DNA of 64,000 nt. Source: an uncultured Eubacteriales bacterium. Lineage in GTDB: Bacteria > Bacillota > Clostridia > Peptostreptococcales > JAAYPU01. How positions within the stretch are numbered: position 1 is the stretch's first letter; every line of letters starts with the position of its first letter. Under the pieces are notes generated by a model. It was not told the origin of the DNA. It ran no database searches and saw only the letters and a program-made list of their open reading frames with translations. The position numbers and the translations under genes were made by a program. This document shows, piece by piece, positions 40,365 to 49,150 of this stretch. The DNA is taken from contig CAYSBC010000003.1 of the NCBI GenBank assembly GCA_964429195.1, positions 729-64,728 of the forward strand, in the 5' to 3' direction.

Positions 40365-41852
40365 ATGGCTATACAAAAACAAAAAATCTTCGCGAAAGAA
40401 CCTCAATCTTATTGGATTGATTCAATAACTCAACCGGAGTATCCTAGCTTAAAGGAAGATATCCATGCCGATGTTGCCATCATCGGTGGTGGTATTGTTG
40501 GAATTTCCACTGCCTATATGCTTAGCCAACATGGCATTAAAACGGTCATACTTGAGGCAGACCAAATCTTGCAAGGAACAACCGGCCACACAACAGCCAA
40601 AATAACATCTCAGCATGGATTAATCTATGATAAAATCAAAAAACAAATAAGTGAAGAATACGCAAAGCAATATGCCGATGCAAATGAAGCTGCAATTCAC
40701 ATGATTGAGAAGATTGCAAAGAAAAATAACATCCAATGCGATTATACCCCTCAATCTTCCTATGTCTATACTCTTCAAGAACATTATATTGATAAAATAA
40801 GAAGCGAAGTCGAAGCAGCCTCATCTTTAGGTATTAAAGCAACCTACTTAGAAGAAACCCCCTTACCTTTTCCTGTGAAGGCCGCTATACGATTTGATAA
40901 TCAAGCTCAATTTCATCCTCGACGATTCTTACTTCCTTTAGCAGAGAAGATAATAAGCCTTGGCAGTCAGATTTATGAGCAAAGTGCCATTGTTAATATC
41001 GAAGAAAATGAAAATGGACAATATACCCTCATAACGAAGGACGGAAAAAAGGTGAAAGCAGAAAAGGTTATTATCGCCTCTCATTTCCCTTTCTATAATA
41101 AACACGGGCTATACTTTACTCGAATATATCCGGAGAAATCCTATGTTGTTGCCATCAAGGCAAAAGAAAAATATCCCGGTGGAATGTATATAACAGCCGA
41201 AGATCCGGGTCGTTCACTTCGTAGCCAAATATCGGATCAAGGTGAGTTGATTTTTGTAGGAGGTGAACATCATAAGACAGGCCAAAGCGAGGATACTTTA
41301 AAGCACTATGAGGCTTTAACGGAATTTGCCCGTACTCACTTTACAGTAGAAAATCTTCCTTACCATTGGTCTACCCATGATTGCATGACATTAGATGGTA
41401 TACCCTATGTAGGTCCTTATACCTCCAAAACACCTCATCTGTTTATTGCAACAGGCTTTGGAAAATGGGGAATGACCAACAGCATTGCCTCTGCAATACT
41501 ATTAAAAGACCTCATTGTAAAAGGTGATTGCCCTTGGCAGGATGTCTATAATCCTTCCCGTCATACCTTCTTAGCCTCATCCAAAAACTTTATTATTGAA
41601 AACCTTAATGTGGCAAAAGAGCTTATAGGAGGCAAAGTCGCTTCCAATCTTTTAGATGGGGACATCGATACAACATGTACCCATATGGGTTGTGAATGTA
41701 CTTGGAATTCCGCAGAAAAAACTTGGGATTGTCCATGTCATGGTTCCCGGTTTACTTATGAAGGAGATGTGATTGAGGGCCCTGCCCTTAAGCCTTTAGG
41801 CTTCCACAGAAGTGTCAATACAGTTGAAAAACTGATAAAAGATGATTTTTAA
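40365..41852 (+). CDS. FAD-dependent oxidoreductase fused to a C-terminal Rieske 2Fe-2S domain
   Basis: N-terminal DVAIIGGGIVGIS dinucleotide fold. C-terminal CTHMGC...CPCHGSRF Rieske motif. Confidence 0.85.
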   Translation: MAIQKQKIFAKEPQSYWIDSITQPEYPSLKEDIHADVAIIGGGIVGISTAYMLSQHGIKTVILEADQILQGTTGHTTAKITSQHGLIYDKIKKQISEEYAKQYADANEAAIHMIEKIAKKNNIQCDYTPQSSYVYTLQEHYIDKIRSEVEAASSLGIKATYLEETPLPFPVKAAIRFDNQAQFHPRRFLLPLAEKIISLGSQIYEQSAIVNIEENENGQYTLITKDGKKVKAEKVIIASHFPFYNKHGLYFTRIYPEKSYVVAIKAKEKYPGGMYITAEDPGRSLRSQISDQGELIFVGGEHHKTGQSEDTLKHYEALTEFARTHFTVENLPYHWSTHDCMTLDGIPYVGPYTSKTPHLFIATGFGKWGMTNSIASAILLKDLIVKGDCPWQDVYNPSRHTFLASSKNFIIENLNVAKELIGGKVASNLLDGDIDTTCTHMGCECTWNSAEKTWDCPCHGSRFTYEGDVIEGPALKPLGFHRSVNTVEKLIKDDF

Positions 41853-42085
41853 AGTAAACATTCAACAATTTTATCGTGTTTAAAGTGATGCTTCTTCAAA
41901 AACTCCTCAAGAACATTTCTTTGTTCAAGACTTCCTTTCCAAGCCAACCCACATCCTGCTGAAATAGTAGGCGGTAAAGGAATGATGCGTCCTTTTAAGC
42001 CTTCCATTTTAGCAGTCTCTTCAAAGCCCATAGCTTCTGTCGTGGCTTGGAAGGTAATAAGCAAATACCTTTCTTTTTGTCTCAT
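41849..42085 (-). CDS. DUF3343 (putative Se/S carrier-like) protein
   Basis: 78 aa from MRQKERYLLITF. Conserved ISAGCGLAW Cys motif. Its ATG overlaps the stop of the upstream desulfurase gene (ATGA). Confidence 0.75.
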   Translation of the reverse strand: MRQKERYLLITFQATTEAMGFEETAKMEGLKGRIIPLPPTISAGCGLAWKGSLEQRNVLEEFLKKHHFKHDKIVECLL

Positions 42086-43224
42086 CGATTTTCTCCTTCC
42101 AATACCCATAGAGCATGTATAGCCTCATCAATGTCATCTACCCTATTAAAATGGGAAAAACTAAAACGCACCATGCCCTGTTCTAGAGTCCCAAATGCCC
42201 TGTGAACTTCCGGAGCGCAATGAGCTCCCCCACGGGTTGCTATTCCAAAACGCTGAAATAATTCATCCGCTAAAAAACCGGAATGTACATCTCTTAGATT
42301 AAGTGTAACGATAGGTGTTCTCACATCAGCATCATAATCCCCATACAAGATGATGCCGGGTAAATCTTTCACCCCATCCAAAAATTTTTTCGCAAGAAAG
42401 CTTGCTTCTTGAAATATCTTGTCTTGTCCAACTTCATTGAGATAATCGCAGGCTGCAGAGAGTCCGGCAATACCATGAGTATTAAGTGTACCTGCCTCAA
42501 GTGCCTCCGGTAAAAACCTTGGCATCTCATGGGAAAAACTATCTCCACCGGTTCCGCCCACCTTAAGGGGATTTGGCATCACTCCATCAGCTAAACATAA
42601 GATACCTGTGCCTTGAGGCCCCAGCATACTTTTGTGCCCTGAACAACAAAGTGCTGAAATGCCACTTTCCTCTAAATGAATAGGTAGAAGCCCTGCTGTC
42701 TGAGAAGCATCTAGAATAAGTAACAAATTATGCTTTTTACATAGCTTGCCGACTCCCTCTAAATCTTGGACATTGCCTATGACATTGGAGGCATGATTCA
42801 TGATCACAGCCTTCGTTTCCGGGCATATTTCTGCCTCAATAGCACATGTCTGAACATACCCTTTGCTATTGGCAGGAACAGTTGTCACCTTAACACCCTG
42901 CTTTTCCATAAGATAAAGAGGTCTTAATACACTATTATGTTCCAAAGATGTGGTTATACAATGGTCCCCTTCCTGAAGAAGACCCTGAATAGCAATATTT
43001 AAACTTTCTGTTGCATTGAAAGTGAAGACAACACGAGAACAATCATCCATGCGAAAAAAATCAGCAATTTTTTTCCTTGTTTGGTATACCATGCGACTTG
43101 CCTCAAGAGATACACCATGGGCCCCACGCCCACTATTGCCGGATCCCTTTAGGGCATGGCATACCGCTTCTATCACAGCCTCCGGCTTATGAAAAGAGGT
43201 TGCTGCATGATCTAAGTAAATCAT
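42082..43224 (-). CDS. class-V aminotransferase: cysteine desulfurase / selenocysteine lyase family (NifS-like)
   Basis: 380 aa. MIYLDHAATS start, PLP-lysine context SGHKSMLGPQG, C-terminal GGAHCAP active-site Cys loop. Confidence 0.85.
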   Translation of the reverse strand: MIYLDHAATSFHKPEAVIEAVCHALKGSGNSGRGAHGVSLEASRMVYQTRKKIADFFRMDDCSRVVFTFNATESLNIAIQGLLQEGDHCITTSLEHNSVLRPLYLMEKQGVKVTTVPANSKGYVQTCAIEAEICPETKAVIMNHASNVIGNVQDLEGVGKLCKKHNLLLILDASQTAGLLPIHLEESGISALCCSGHKSMLGPQGTGILCLADGVMPNPLKVGGTGGDSFSHEMPRFLPEALEAGTLNTHGIAGLSAACDYLNEVGQDKIFQEASFLAKKFLDGVKDLPGIILYGDYDADVRTPIVTLNLRDVHSGFLADELFQRFGIATRGGAHCAPEVHRAFGTLEQGMVRFSFSHFNRVDDIDEAIHALWVLEGENR

Positions 43225-43240
43225 ATTTTTCCCTTCCCAT

Positions 43241-43630
43241 TTATGGATTTATAATTTTAATAGCATTCATTTGCTTTTCAGCAATTGTATACATGTTCGT
43301 AACAGTTCCTACTTCTAAAGAATGAGTTAATTGATAATAGTTTAAACAGGTGCCACAAGTTAGTATCTGCACACCTTGAGATTCTAAAAGCTTTAAATCC
43401 TCTAAAGAATCCGACCCTTTTGTCGCCAAATAGGCTCCACTGTTGTATAGTAGAATTGTTTTAGGCAAATATTCTTGTTCTGTTAGCGCATAAATAAAAT
43501 TTTTCAAAAGGGTTCGCCCTAATTTCTCGTCACCTTCTCCCATTTTATCGGAAGATAAAACAACAACCGTATTATCCATAAGACCCCTTCTTTCTATAAC
43601 TGTATCATCCTTTAAAATATGTTTATCCAT
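43241..43630 (-). CDS. YedF-like selenium-metabolism protein, C-terminal (DsrE-like, CGXC) domain only
   Basis: 129 aa. VVVLSSDKMGEGDEKLGRTLLKNF and a redox-type CGTC motif. No TusA/SirA-like N-terminal domain is encoded. An alternative start at MDNTVVV is possible. Confidence 0.65.
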   Translation of the reverse strand: MDKHILKDDTVIERRGLMDNTVVVLSSDKMGEGDEKLGRTLLKNFIYALTEQEYLPKTILLYNSGAYLATKGSDSLEDLKLLESQGVQILTCGTCLNYYQLTHSLEVGTVTNMYTIAEKQMNAIKIINP

Positions 43631-44348
43631 TTTCTGCTCCTTCTCTATGCTTTTTTTTAACCTTGATTGCGCAGCCTATGCCTATAATGATTCCATGTAT
43701 AATATAAAGTATAGCTAACACGACTAGGGTTAAGTTTCCTATTTTATGGATGGCTATGAAAGAGATAATGCCCCCTATAAAATAAAGAAAAATCGAAATA
43801 CCATAAAAGCGTAGCTTCCAAAGTTGTTCCCAATCCCCTTTTATTATCGCAACCAGACTATAGGCTGCATCGGTAATATAACCTGTCATATGCGTTGTTC
43901 TCACTAAAACACTGTTGATTCTGATACATGTGCCATTCTGAATTCCCATACCTAAAGCTAGAACAGAAAGAGTTGCAGCCTTACTATTAAAACCTTTATA
44001 AATAACCAGCAAACTTATGCCGAATAGAATCGGCATAAGACCATGATTCTTGCACAGATCTGATTCATTCCTATGAAAAAGAAATCTTGCAATGACAGAT
44101 CCTAGAAAAAACAATATAATATAAGCCAATAGCTTGCCGAGAATGAATAGTTGTCCACTTCCCAGAGCAACAGCTGCATGACTGATATTTCCTGTATAAT
44201 GTGTGATGGAGATTCCAAACAAGACTAAGGCACAAATATTAATTGCACCTGCCAGAAAGGTAAGACTTCCAATCCAGGCAAAGTAAAAATTTTTTCTTAA
44301 AATGCTATTCGTTTTGTCTCTTAACAATATCCATAATGTCCCCTTCAA
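43623..44348 (-). CDS. YoaK/DUF1275-family membrane protein
   Basis: 241 aa, about 6-7 TM. TTHMTGYITD motif is typical of DUF1275. Probable TTG start after GGAGGG. Confidence 0.65.
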   Translation of the reverse strand: MKGTLWILLRDKTNSILRKNFYFAWIGSLTFLAGAINICALVLFGISITHYTGNISHAAVALGSGQLFILGKLLAYIILFFLGSVIARFLFHRNESDLCKNHGLMPILFGISLLVIYKGFNSKAATLSVLALGMGIQNGTCIRINSVLVRTTHMTGYITDAAYSLVAIIKGDWEQLWKLRFYGISIFLYFIGGIISFIAIHKIGNLTLVVLAILYIIHGIIIGIGCAIKVKKKHREGAENG

Positions 44349-44366
44349 ATGTCACCCTCCTACTAA

Positions 44367-45173
44367 TCAACGTAACTTATTGCGCGACTTTGCAAGCAAA
44401 TATCTCTTTTTGTATTTGAGACTGGCATATTCACCAATCTTGTTAATGATGTTAAAATTGGCCACACTGCCAATGACTCCGACAATGGCAAATCCCTGAA
44501 TAAATTTCGTCGTCAACATGGCTTCAGATAGCACCTTGGATGTTTGTTCCATGCGTTCTTTCAGATTAACTTCTGTTTTTATCTTGCGATCTATCTGCTC
44601 CCCAAGCCTGTCAATTTCTTCATTATATCCCTTTTGTTCTTCCCCTTTTGATAAGGAACCGCTGAGAATGAGAAGAATATAGGCTTTTTCTTCATCGCTA
44701 TCATAATCATAGCCATAACCTAGTGCGACTTCATAAATAGATTTCATAATCATTGCTATAAAAACGGGAATATCCGGTAGCCCTACACCCAAAAGTCCTA
44801 AAACGCCTCCCTCTATAAAAGATAATGAAGAATTGCGAAAGAGTGAACTATTAGCTTGTTTATCGATCCTCTTAATATTTCTCTTATCTATCCTCTTATC
44901 GATTGCATAATTATTTAAGTCATACTCCAGTTGAATATTCTTTTTATTATAAGTCTTTTCTATATAAGGATTACCCTTTTCAAAAACGACTTGAAAACCT
45001 TTTAGAAAAGCACTCTCAAGTACTCCTATTAGCTTATCCGGTATCTTTTCTTGTATTTTATCTTTAATAGGAGAAATTTTTTTGCTAATAAATTTGTTTT
45101 CTTTTTTATTGAGAATTTTATCTTCTCTTTTATGGAGTTTTTTAAACTGCTTATTTAATTCTCGATCCATCAT
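44367..45173 (-). CDS. EcsC-family protein
   Basis: 268 aa. Lys-rich N-terminus followed by an EcsC-like core. The family assignment is from overall resemblance only. Confidence 0.55.
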   Translation of the reverse strand: MMDRELNKQFKKLHKREDKILNKKENKFISKKISPIKDKIQEKIPDKLIGVLESAFLKGFQVVFEKGNPYIEKTYNKKNIQLEYDLNNYAIDKRIDKRNIKRIDKQANSSLFRNSSLSFIEGGVLGLLGVGLPDIPVFIAMIMKSIYEVALGYGYDYDSDEEKAYILLILSGSLSKGEEQKGYNEEIDRLGEQIDRKIKTEVNLKERMEQTSKVLSEAMLTTKFIQGFAIVGVIGSVANFNIINKIGEYASLKYKKRYLLAKSRNKLR

Positions 45174-45246
45174 TCACCTCTAAATTTAATTGCCATCCCT
45201 TTGCTTTAGCGTTATTTTTATTATACACTATTACCCAATATCCTAC

Positions 45247-45296
45247 CTAAAAAAAGCTGACCCGTCATAGAATCCACATTCTATTATGAGGCAGCT
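45247..45296 (-). terminator. terminator after tRNA-Sec
   Basis: Imperfect 19-position stem (15 pairs) AGCTG..CATAGAAT / ATTCTAT..CAGCT with loop CCAC, followed by T7 on the minus strand. Confidence 0.6.
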
Positions 45297-45309
45297 CTCT
45301 TTTTAGTCT

Positions 45310-45406
45310 TGGCGGGAGCATGTGGGAATCGAACCCACCCAAGGGGTCCTTAACCCCTCGAACCGATTTTGAAGACCGGCGATAACACCAGCTACCATCT
45401 ACTCCC
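45310..45406 (-). tRNA. selC: tRNA-Sec (anticodon UCA)
   Basis: Minus-strand read: GGGAGTAGATGGTAGCTGGTGTTATCGCCGGTCTTCAAAATCGGTTCGAGGGGTTAAGGACCCCTTGGGTGGGTTCGATTCCCACATGCTCCCGCCA. Anticodon loop is CT-TCA-AA. Long variable arm (GAGGGGTT..GACCCCTT), GGTTCGATTCC T-arm, encoded CCA. About 97 nt. Sits 33 nt downstream of selB. Confidence 0.93.
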
Positions 45407-45439
45407 AAATAACTTGTTTTAATTATAATACACCTTATG

Positions 45440-47338
45440 CTAATTTGTAAATAAAACTCTCCAATCTTCTTTCTTTATTGTTATCTTTTGTTCATCGAAA
45501 TATTCTAACAGGGGTAAGGCATATTTTCTTGAAGTTTCTAATAAATCGCGAAATTGCCCCAGTGTAATCGATTCATTTTCTCGAATAAATGACTTGATCT
45601 CCGATAAGGCCTTTTCATAAAAAAAACGATGTAAATAAATATTGGAATCGATTTTTATTAAGATTCCTTCCTTCACCAAATCTTGTATGATTTGCATCAC
45701 CTCTTGGGGATCTTGAAAAGACTTGGCTACATCTGTGATAAAGGGAACCATCCATCCCCCTTGATAATATGTCTCTTCTACCTGCCCTTTTATTTTCTTC
45801 TGTTCTTCTGTATAGCTTTTTTTAAAAGCAGACAAAGCAACCCTTTCATCTTGTATGATAATCTTCCCTGCTGTGTGAAAATATTTCAGTATGGAGTCCG
45901 CCCATTTATTCTTGCCTTTAAATAGTCTGTTGCGACATTCTTCTAAACTCATTCCTAGTCTAAGAGAATTTTCTTCATGATACTCTTTTAATATTGTTTC
46001 AAGATTGGTTTCTAATGCACGGAGAATGGTATGATGAAAGGCTAAATCTTTTGTTATCATTATGACTTTCTTTTCCTTAACCAACTGCTCTATACACTTC
46101 TCTGCTTGTGTGCCTTCTTTCCCCAATTGTTTCACAATAGAGCTTAAAGGTTTAAAGGTAAGACTATATTTCTTTATAAAGATTTCTAGGATGTCTTTTT
46201 CCGAACCGGTTTCTAACAATTTCAGTTCTTCTATAGCTACTTTATCATAGGGTTTATGTTTTTTAGGATTGGCATCCAGTACAATGCCACCCCCTATGGT
46301 TTCCACCGGAGAATAAAATCTTATCACAAAATAATCACCTTTTTTAGCGGCAATCTTTTCCTCTAATCGTACTTGGGCATAGCAACTTTCACCGGCTTTT
46401 ATAAGCTCTTTATTGAGTATCATGACACGACATAATACTTGGCTTGTACCGTGATAAAGAGAGACTCTTGTATTGTTTTTGAGCTCCCTATCGGTATTTT
46501 TTAAAAGATCTAATCTTACATCGAGCATGCTTGTCTCTTCCATTGAATCTTTTTCCGCTAAAACATAGCCTCTTTGAATCTCATCTTTTTTAATATTTGC
46601 TAAATTAAGAGCTACCCTCTGACCCGCAAAGGACCCTTGTGCCTTTTCACCATAGACCTGTATATTTCTTATTTTAGCAGATTGACCGGTTGGATAAACC
46701 ATCACTTCATCGCCACTTTTTAAACTTCCTTCTGTCTGTGTACCTGTAACAACTGTACCGAATCCGTCTATAGTAAATAGCCTATCTATAGGGAGTCGAA
46801 AAGGTGTATTGTTGCTTTTCACCCTAATATCCTGTGTCATCTTAATAATTGCTTCTTTTAATGTTTCGATTCCTTCGCCATGAACAGAGGATACAGGAAT
46901 AAGAGGTGCATTTTCAAGAAAAGTACCCCTGATCTCCTCTTTGACTTCTTCCTCCACCATTTGCAACCATTCATCATCAACAATATCTTTTTTGGTCAAC
47001 ACAACAAGGCCATGTTGAATATGGAGTATAGATAATATATCAAGGTGTTCTCTAGTTTGGGGCATAACGCCTTCATTTGCCGCTATAACCATGAGAACTA
47101 TGTCTATTCCACCGATACCTGCCAGCATATTCTTTATAAATTTTTCATGACCCGGAACATCAATAATACCAGCCTTTTCGCCATTAGGGAGGTCAAAGAA
47201 TGTAAATCCTAATTCGATTGTAATGCCGCGTTTCATCTCTTCCTTAAGATGATCTGTTTCCCTGCCCGTTAACGCCTTGATTAAGGATGTTTTACCATGA
47301 TCAATATGTCCTGCTGTTCCAATGATAATACTCTTCAT
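45440..47338 (-). CDS. selB: selenocysteine-specific translation elongation factor
   Basis: G-domain AGHIDHGKTSL, DVPGHEKF, TKKD. Long C-terminal winged-helix extension. Start set at MKSIIIGTAGH (47338), 10 nt after the selA stop. Confidence 0.93.
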   Translation of the reverse strand: MKSIIIGTAGHIDHGKTSLIKALTGRETDHLKEEMKRGITIELGFTFFDLPNGEKAGIIDVPGHEKFIKNMLAGIGGIDIVLMVIAANEGVMPQTREHLDILSILHIQHGLVVLTKKDIVDDEWLQMVEEEVKEEIRGTFLENAPLIPVSSVHGEGIETLKEAIIKMTQDIRVKSNNTPFRLPIDRLFTIDGFGTVVTGTQTEGSLKSGDEVMVYPTGQSAKIRNIQVYGEKAQGSFAGQRVALNLANIKKDEIQRGYVLAEKDSMEETSMLDVRLDLLKNTDRELKNNTRVSLYHGTSQVLCRVMILNKELIKAGESCYAQVRLEEKIAAKKGDYFVIRFYSPVETIGGGIVLDANPKKHKPYDKVAIEELKLLETGSEKDILEIFIKKYSLTFKPLSSIVKQLGKEGTQAEKCIEQLVKEKKVIMITKDLAFHHTILRALETNLETILKEYHEENSLRLGMSLEECRNRLFKGKNKWADSILKYFHTAGKIIIQDERVALSAFKKSYTEEQKKIKGQVEETYYQGGWMVPFITDVAKSFQDPQEVMQIIQDLVKEGILIKIDSNIYLHRFFYEKALSEIKSFIRENESITLGQFRDLLETSRKYALPLLEYFDEQKITIKKEDWRVLFTN

Positions 47339-47348
47339 GACTTTATCC

Positions 47349-48764
47349 CTACACTTTTTGTATACTATCAATCGCCCGGATAAGATAAGGTAATGCCTCT
47401 TCTTCAATAGTCCTGCAATCTAAGAGGATAGCACCCCTATGAATACGTGCAATAATGGGAATAGATTGATTTCTTAAACTTCCTTCAAAGTCATTAACAC
47501 TTTTTAACAGAGGCTTTATTTGTATCAAAAAGCTGGGCAATTCATGTAATGGCAAGGAACCACCACCTATTTGAGAAAAGCCTTCTACTAAAGACACCTC
47601 CATATTTTCGAAATGCTGAAGTGCACTCCATATTTTAAATGCTTTTTCCCTTATTTCTTTCTTATCCATGGTCATCATCTTGAGTGTCGGAATTTTTTCA
47701 AGTGGAGCTCCCGAAAAATATATTTGCAGAGTTGCCTCAAGTGCCGCTAAAGTTAATTTATCAACTCTAAAGGCTCTGGCGAGTGGATTTTCTTTCATCT
47801 TTTCTATCCAATCTTTTCTCCCAATGATGATACCCGCTTGAGGTCCTCCCAATAATTTATCTCCGCTAAAACAAATGATATCCGCACCCGTTTCCACACT
47901 TTCTTTAATGGTCGGTTCATCAACAATGCCATATTCTTTAAGGTCCATTAAGCATCCGCTACCCAAATCATGAATGACAGGAATGTTGTAGGTCTTACCC
48001 ATGGCAGCTAATTCCTTTAGACCCACCTCCTCAGTAAAGCCTAAAATCCTGTAATTGCTTGTATGTATTTTTAGGAAAGCTCCTGTATTTTCAGCATCTA
48101 TTACTTTCATATAATCACTTAGATGTGTTTTATTGGTAGTCCCCACTTCTTTTAATCTGGTTCCACTTTGACTCATAATCTCAGGAATTCTGAATGACCC
48201 TCCAATTTCTACAAGCTCACCTCGGGATACGATAACTTCTTTATCCTTTGCCAGTGTATTCAGTATGAGCATGATGGCTGCTGCATTGTTATTGACGACA
48301 AATGCTGCTTCCGTTCCGGTAAGTTTTGTTAGCATTTTTTCTATAGGATCATAGCGTGAGCCTCTTTTCCCTTGATCTATATCATATTCGAGATTGGAAT
48401 AATGACCTGCTATATCAAAAATATGCTCTTTTATTTCATCAGCTAATAGCGCACGGCCAAGATTGGTATGCAATATAATCCCAGTTGCGTTGATAACCTT
48501 TCTTAAGCCCCATTGCTTTCTTTCTTCTATTTCAAAAACGATTTCATCTAATAAATCCTGCCGATTGAAGATGTTCTCCGAAACCATGCCCTCTGATATA
48601 GCGGATAACATCTTGTTTCGCACTTTTTCTATTTGGTCACGGATAATATCAGTCATTCTCTTGCGTGATATTTGATCATGATAGAATTTGATTTTCTCAT
48701 CCATGAGTATTTCATCAACCTTGGGTAATTGTCTCAACCATTCTTTTTTATCCATTTTTATCAC
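47349..48764 (-). CDS. selA: L-seryl-tRNA(Sec) selenium transferase
   Basis: 471 aa. PLP-lysine motif FSGDKLLGGPQAG and SRGELVEIGGSFRIPE. Confidence 0.93.
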   Translation of the reverse strand: MIKMDKKEWLRQLPKVDEILMDEKIKFYHDQISRKRMTDIIRDQIEKVRNKMLSAISEGMVSENIFNRQDLLDEIVFEIEERKQWGLRKVINATGIILHTNLGRALLADEIKEHIFDIAGHYSNLEYDIDQGKRGSRYDPIEKMLTKLTGTEAAFVVNNNAAAIMLILNTLAKDKEVIVSRGELVEIGGSFRIPEIMSQSGTRLKEVGTTNKTHLSDYMKVIDAENTGAFLKIHTSNYRILGFTEEVGLKELAAMGKTYNIPVIHDLGSGCLMDLKEYGIVDEPTIKESVETGADIICFSGDKLLGGPQAGIIIGRKDWIEKMKENPLARAFRVDKLTLAALEATLQIYFSGAPLEKIPTLKMMTMDKKEIREKAFKIWSALQHFENMEVSLVEGFSQIGGGSLPLHELPSFLIQIKPLLKSVNDFEGSLRNQSIPIIARIHRGAILLDCRTIEEEALPYLIRAIDSIQKV

Positions 48765-48790
48765 TCCATTTGTGAACTCGCATCCATCTT

Positions 48791-48822
48791 AATAAAAACC
48801 CTCTCTTTTGGTCCAAGAGAGG
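48791..48822 (-). terminator. rho-independent terminator between the HesB-like genes and selA
   Basis: Minus strand CCTCTCTT-GGACCAA-AAGAGAGG followed by GTTTTTATT. It ends only about 27 nt before the selA start codon. Confidence 0.75.
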
Positions 48823-48854
48823 ATTTCAAACTTTAACAAGAATCTAGATAGGTA

Positions 48855-49133
48855 TCATACTGTGACTGTAAAGCCTTTATTAAACCAACCTTTGGAGTAA
48901 TCAATGTTCAAATTTCCAAAATGATCTAACAAATCCTTTTCAACTAGAATCTCTATATCGTCAATTTTTTCAACAACGTCTTTTTCCTCATCCTTTGTCT
49001 TGTCCAAGACAATCCCAAAACTGGGACCACCTCACCCAAAAGATTGGAATACAATTCTGACGAAGCTCTTTTCATTATTCTCAAAGTACTTATTCAGTTC
49101 TTCTTTTGCTTTTATTGATAGACTTATACCCAT
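48855..49133 (-). CDS. HesB/IscA-like selenoprotein, copy 1 (92 codons, in-frame TGA at codon 34 = 49032-49034)
   Basis: Not in the ORF track. Minus-strand translation: MGISLSIKAKEELNKYFENNEKSFVRIVFQSFG-U-GGPSFGIVLDKTKDEEKDVVEKIDDIEILVEKDLLDHFGNLNIDYSKGWFNKGFTVTV. AAAGGAGGA RBS 8 nt upstream. Protein-level conservation with copy 2 continues past the TGA. Confidence 0.85.
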
Positions 49134-49150
49134 TATACACCATCCTCCTT

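Noticed and set aside
45440-47407. N-terminal extensions given by the ORF track for selB (to 47407), cooS-like (to 38650), MaoC-like (to 36608), selD (to 32949), etfB, the LtaS-like gene, DUF3343 and others
   Set aside because: In each case an internal ATG sits behind a good RBS and coincides with the family-typical N-terminus. The extensions overlap upstream genes or lack an RBS.
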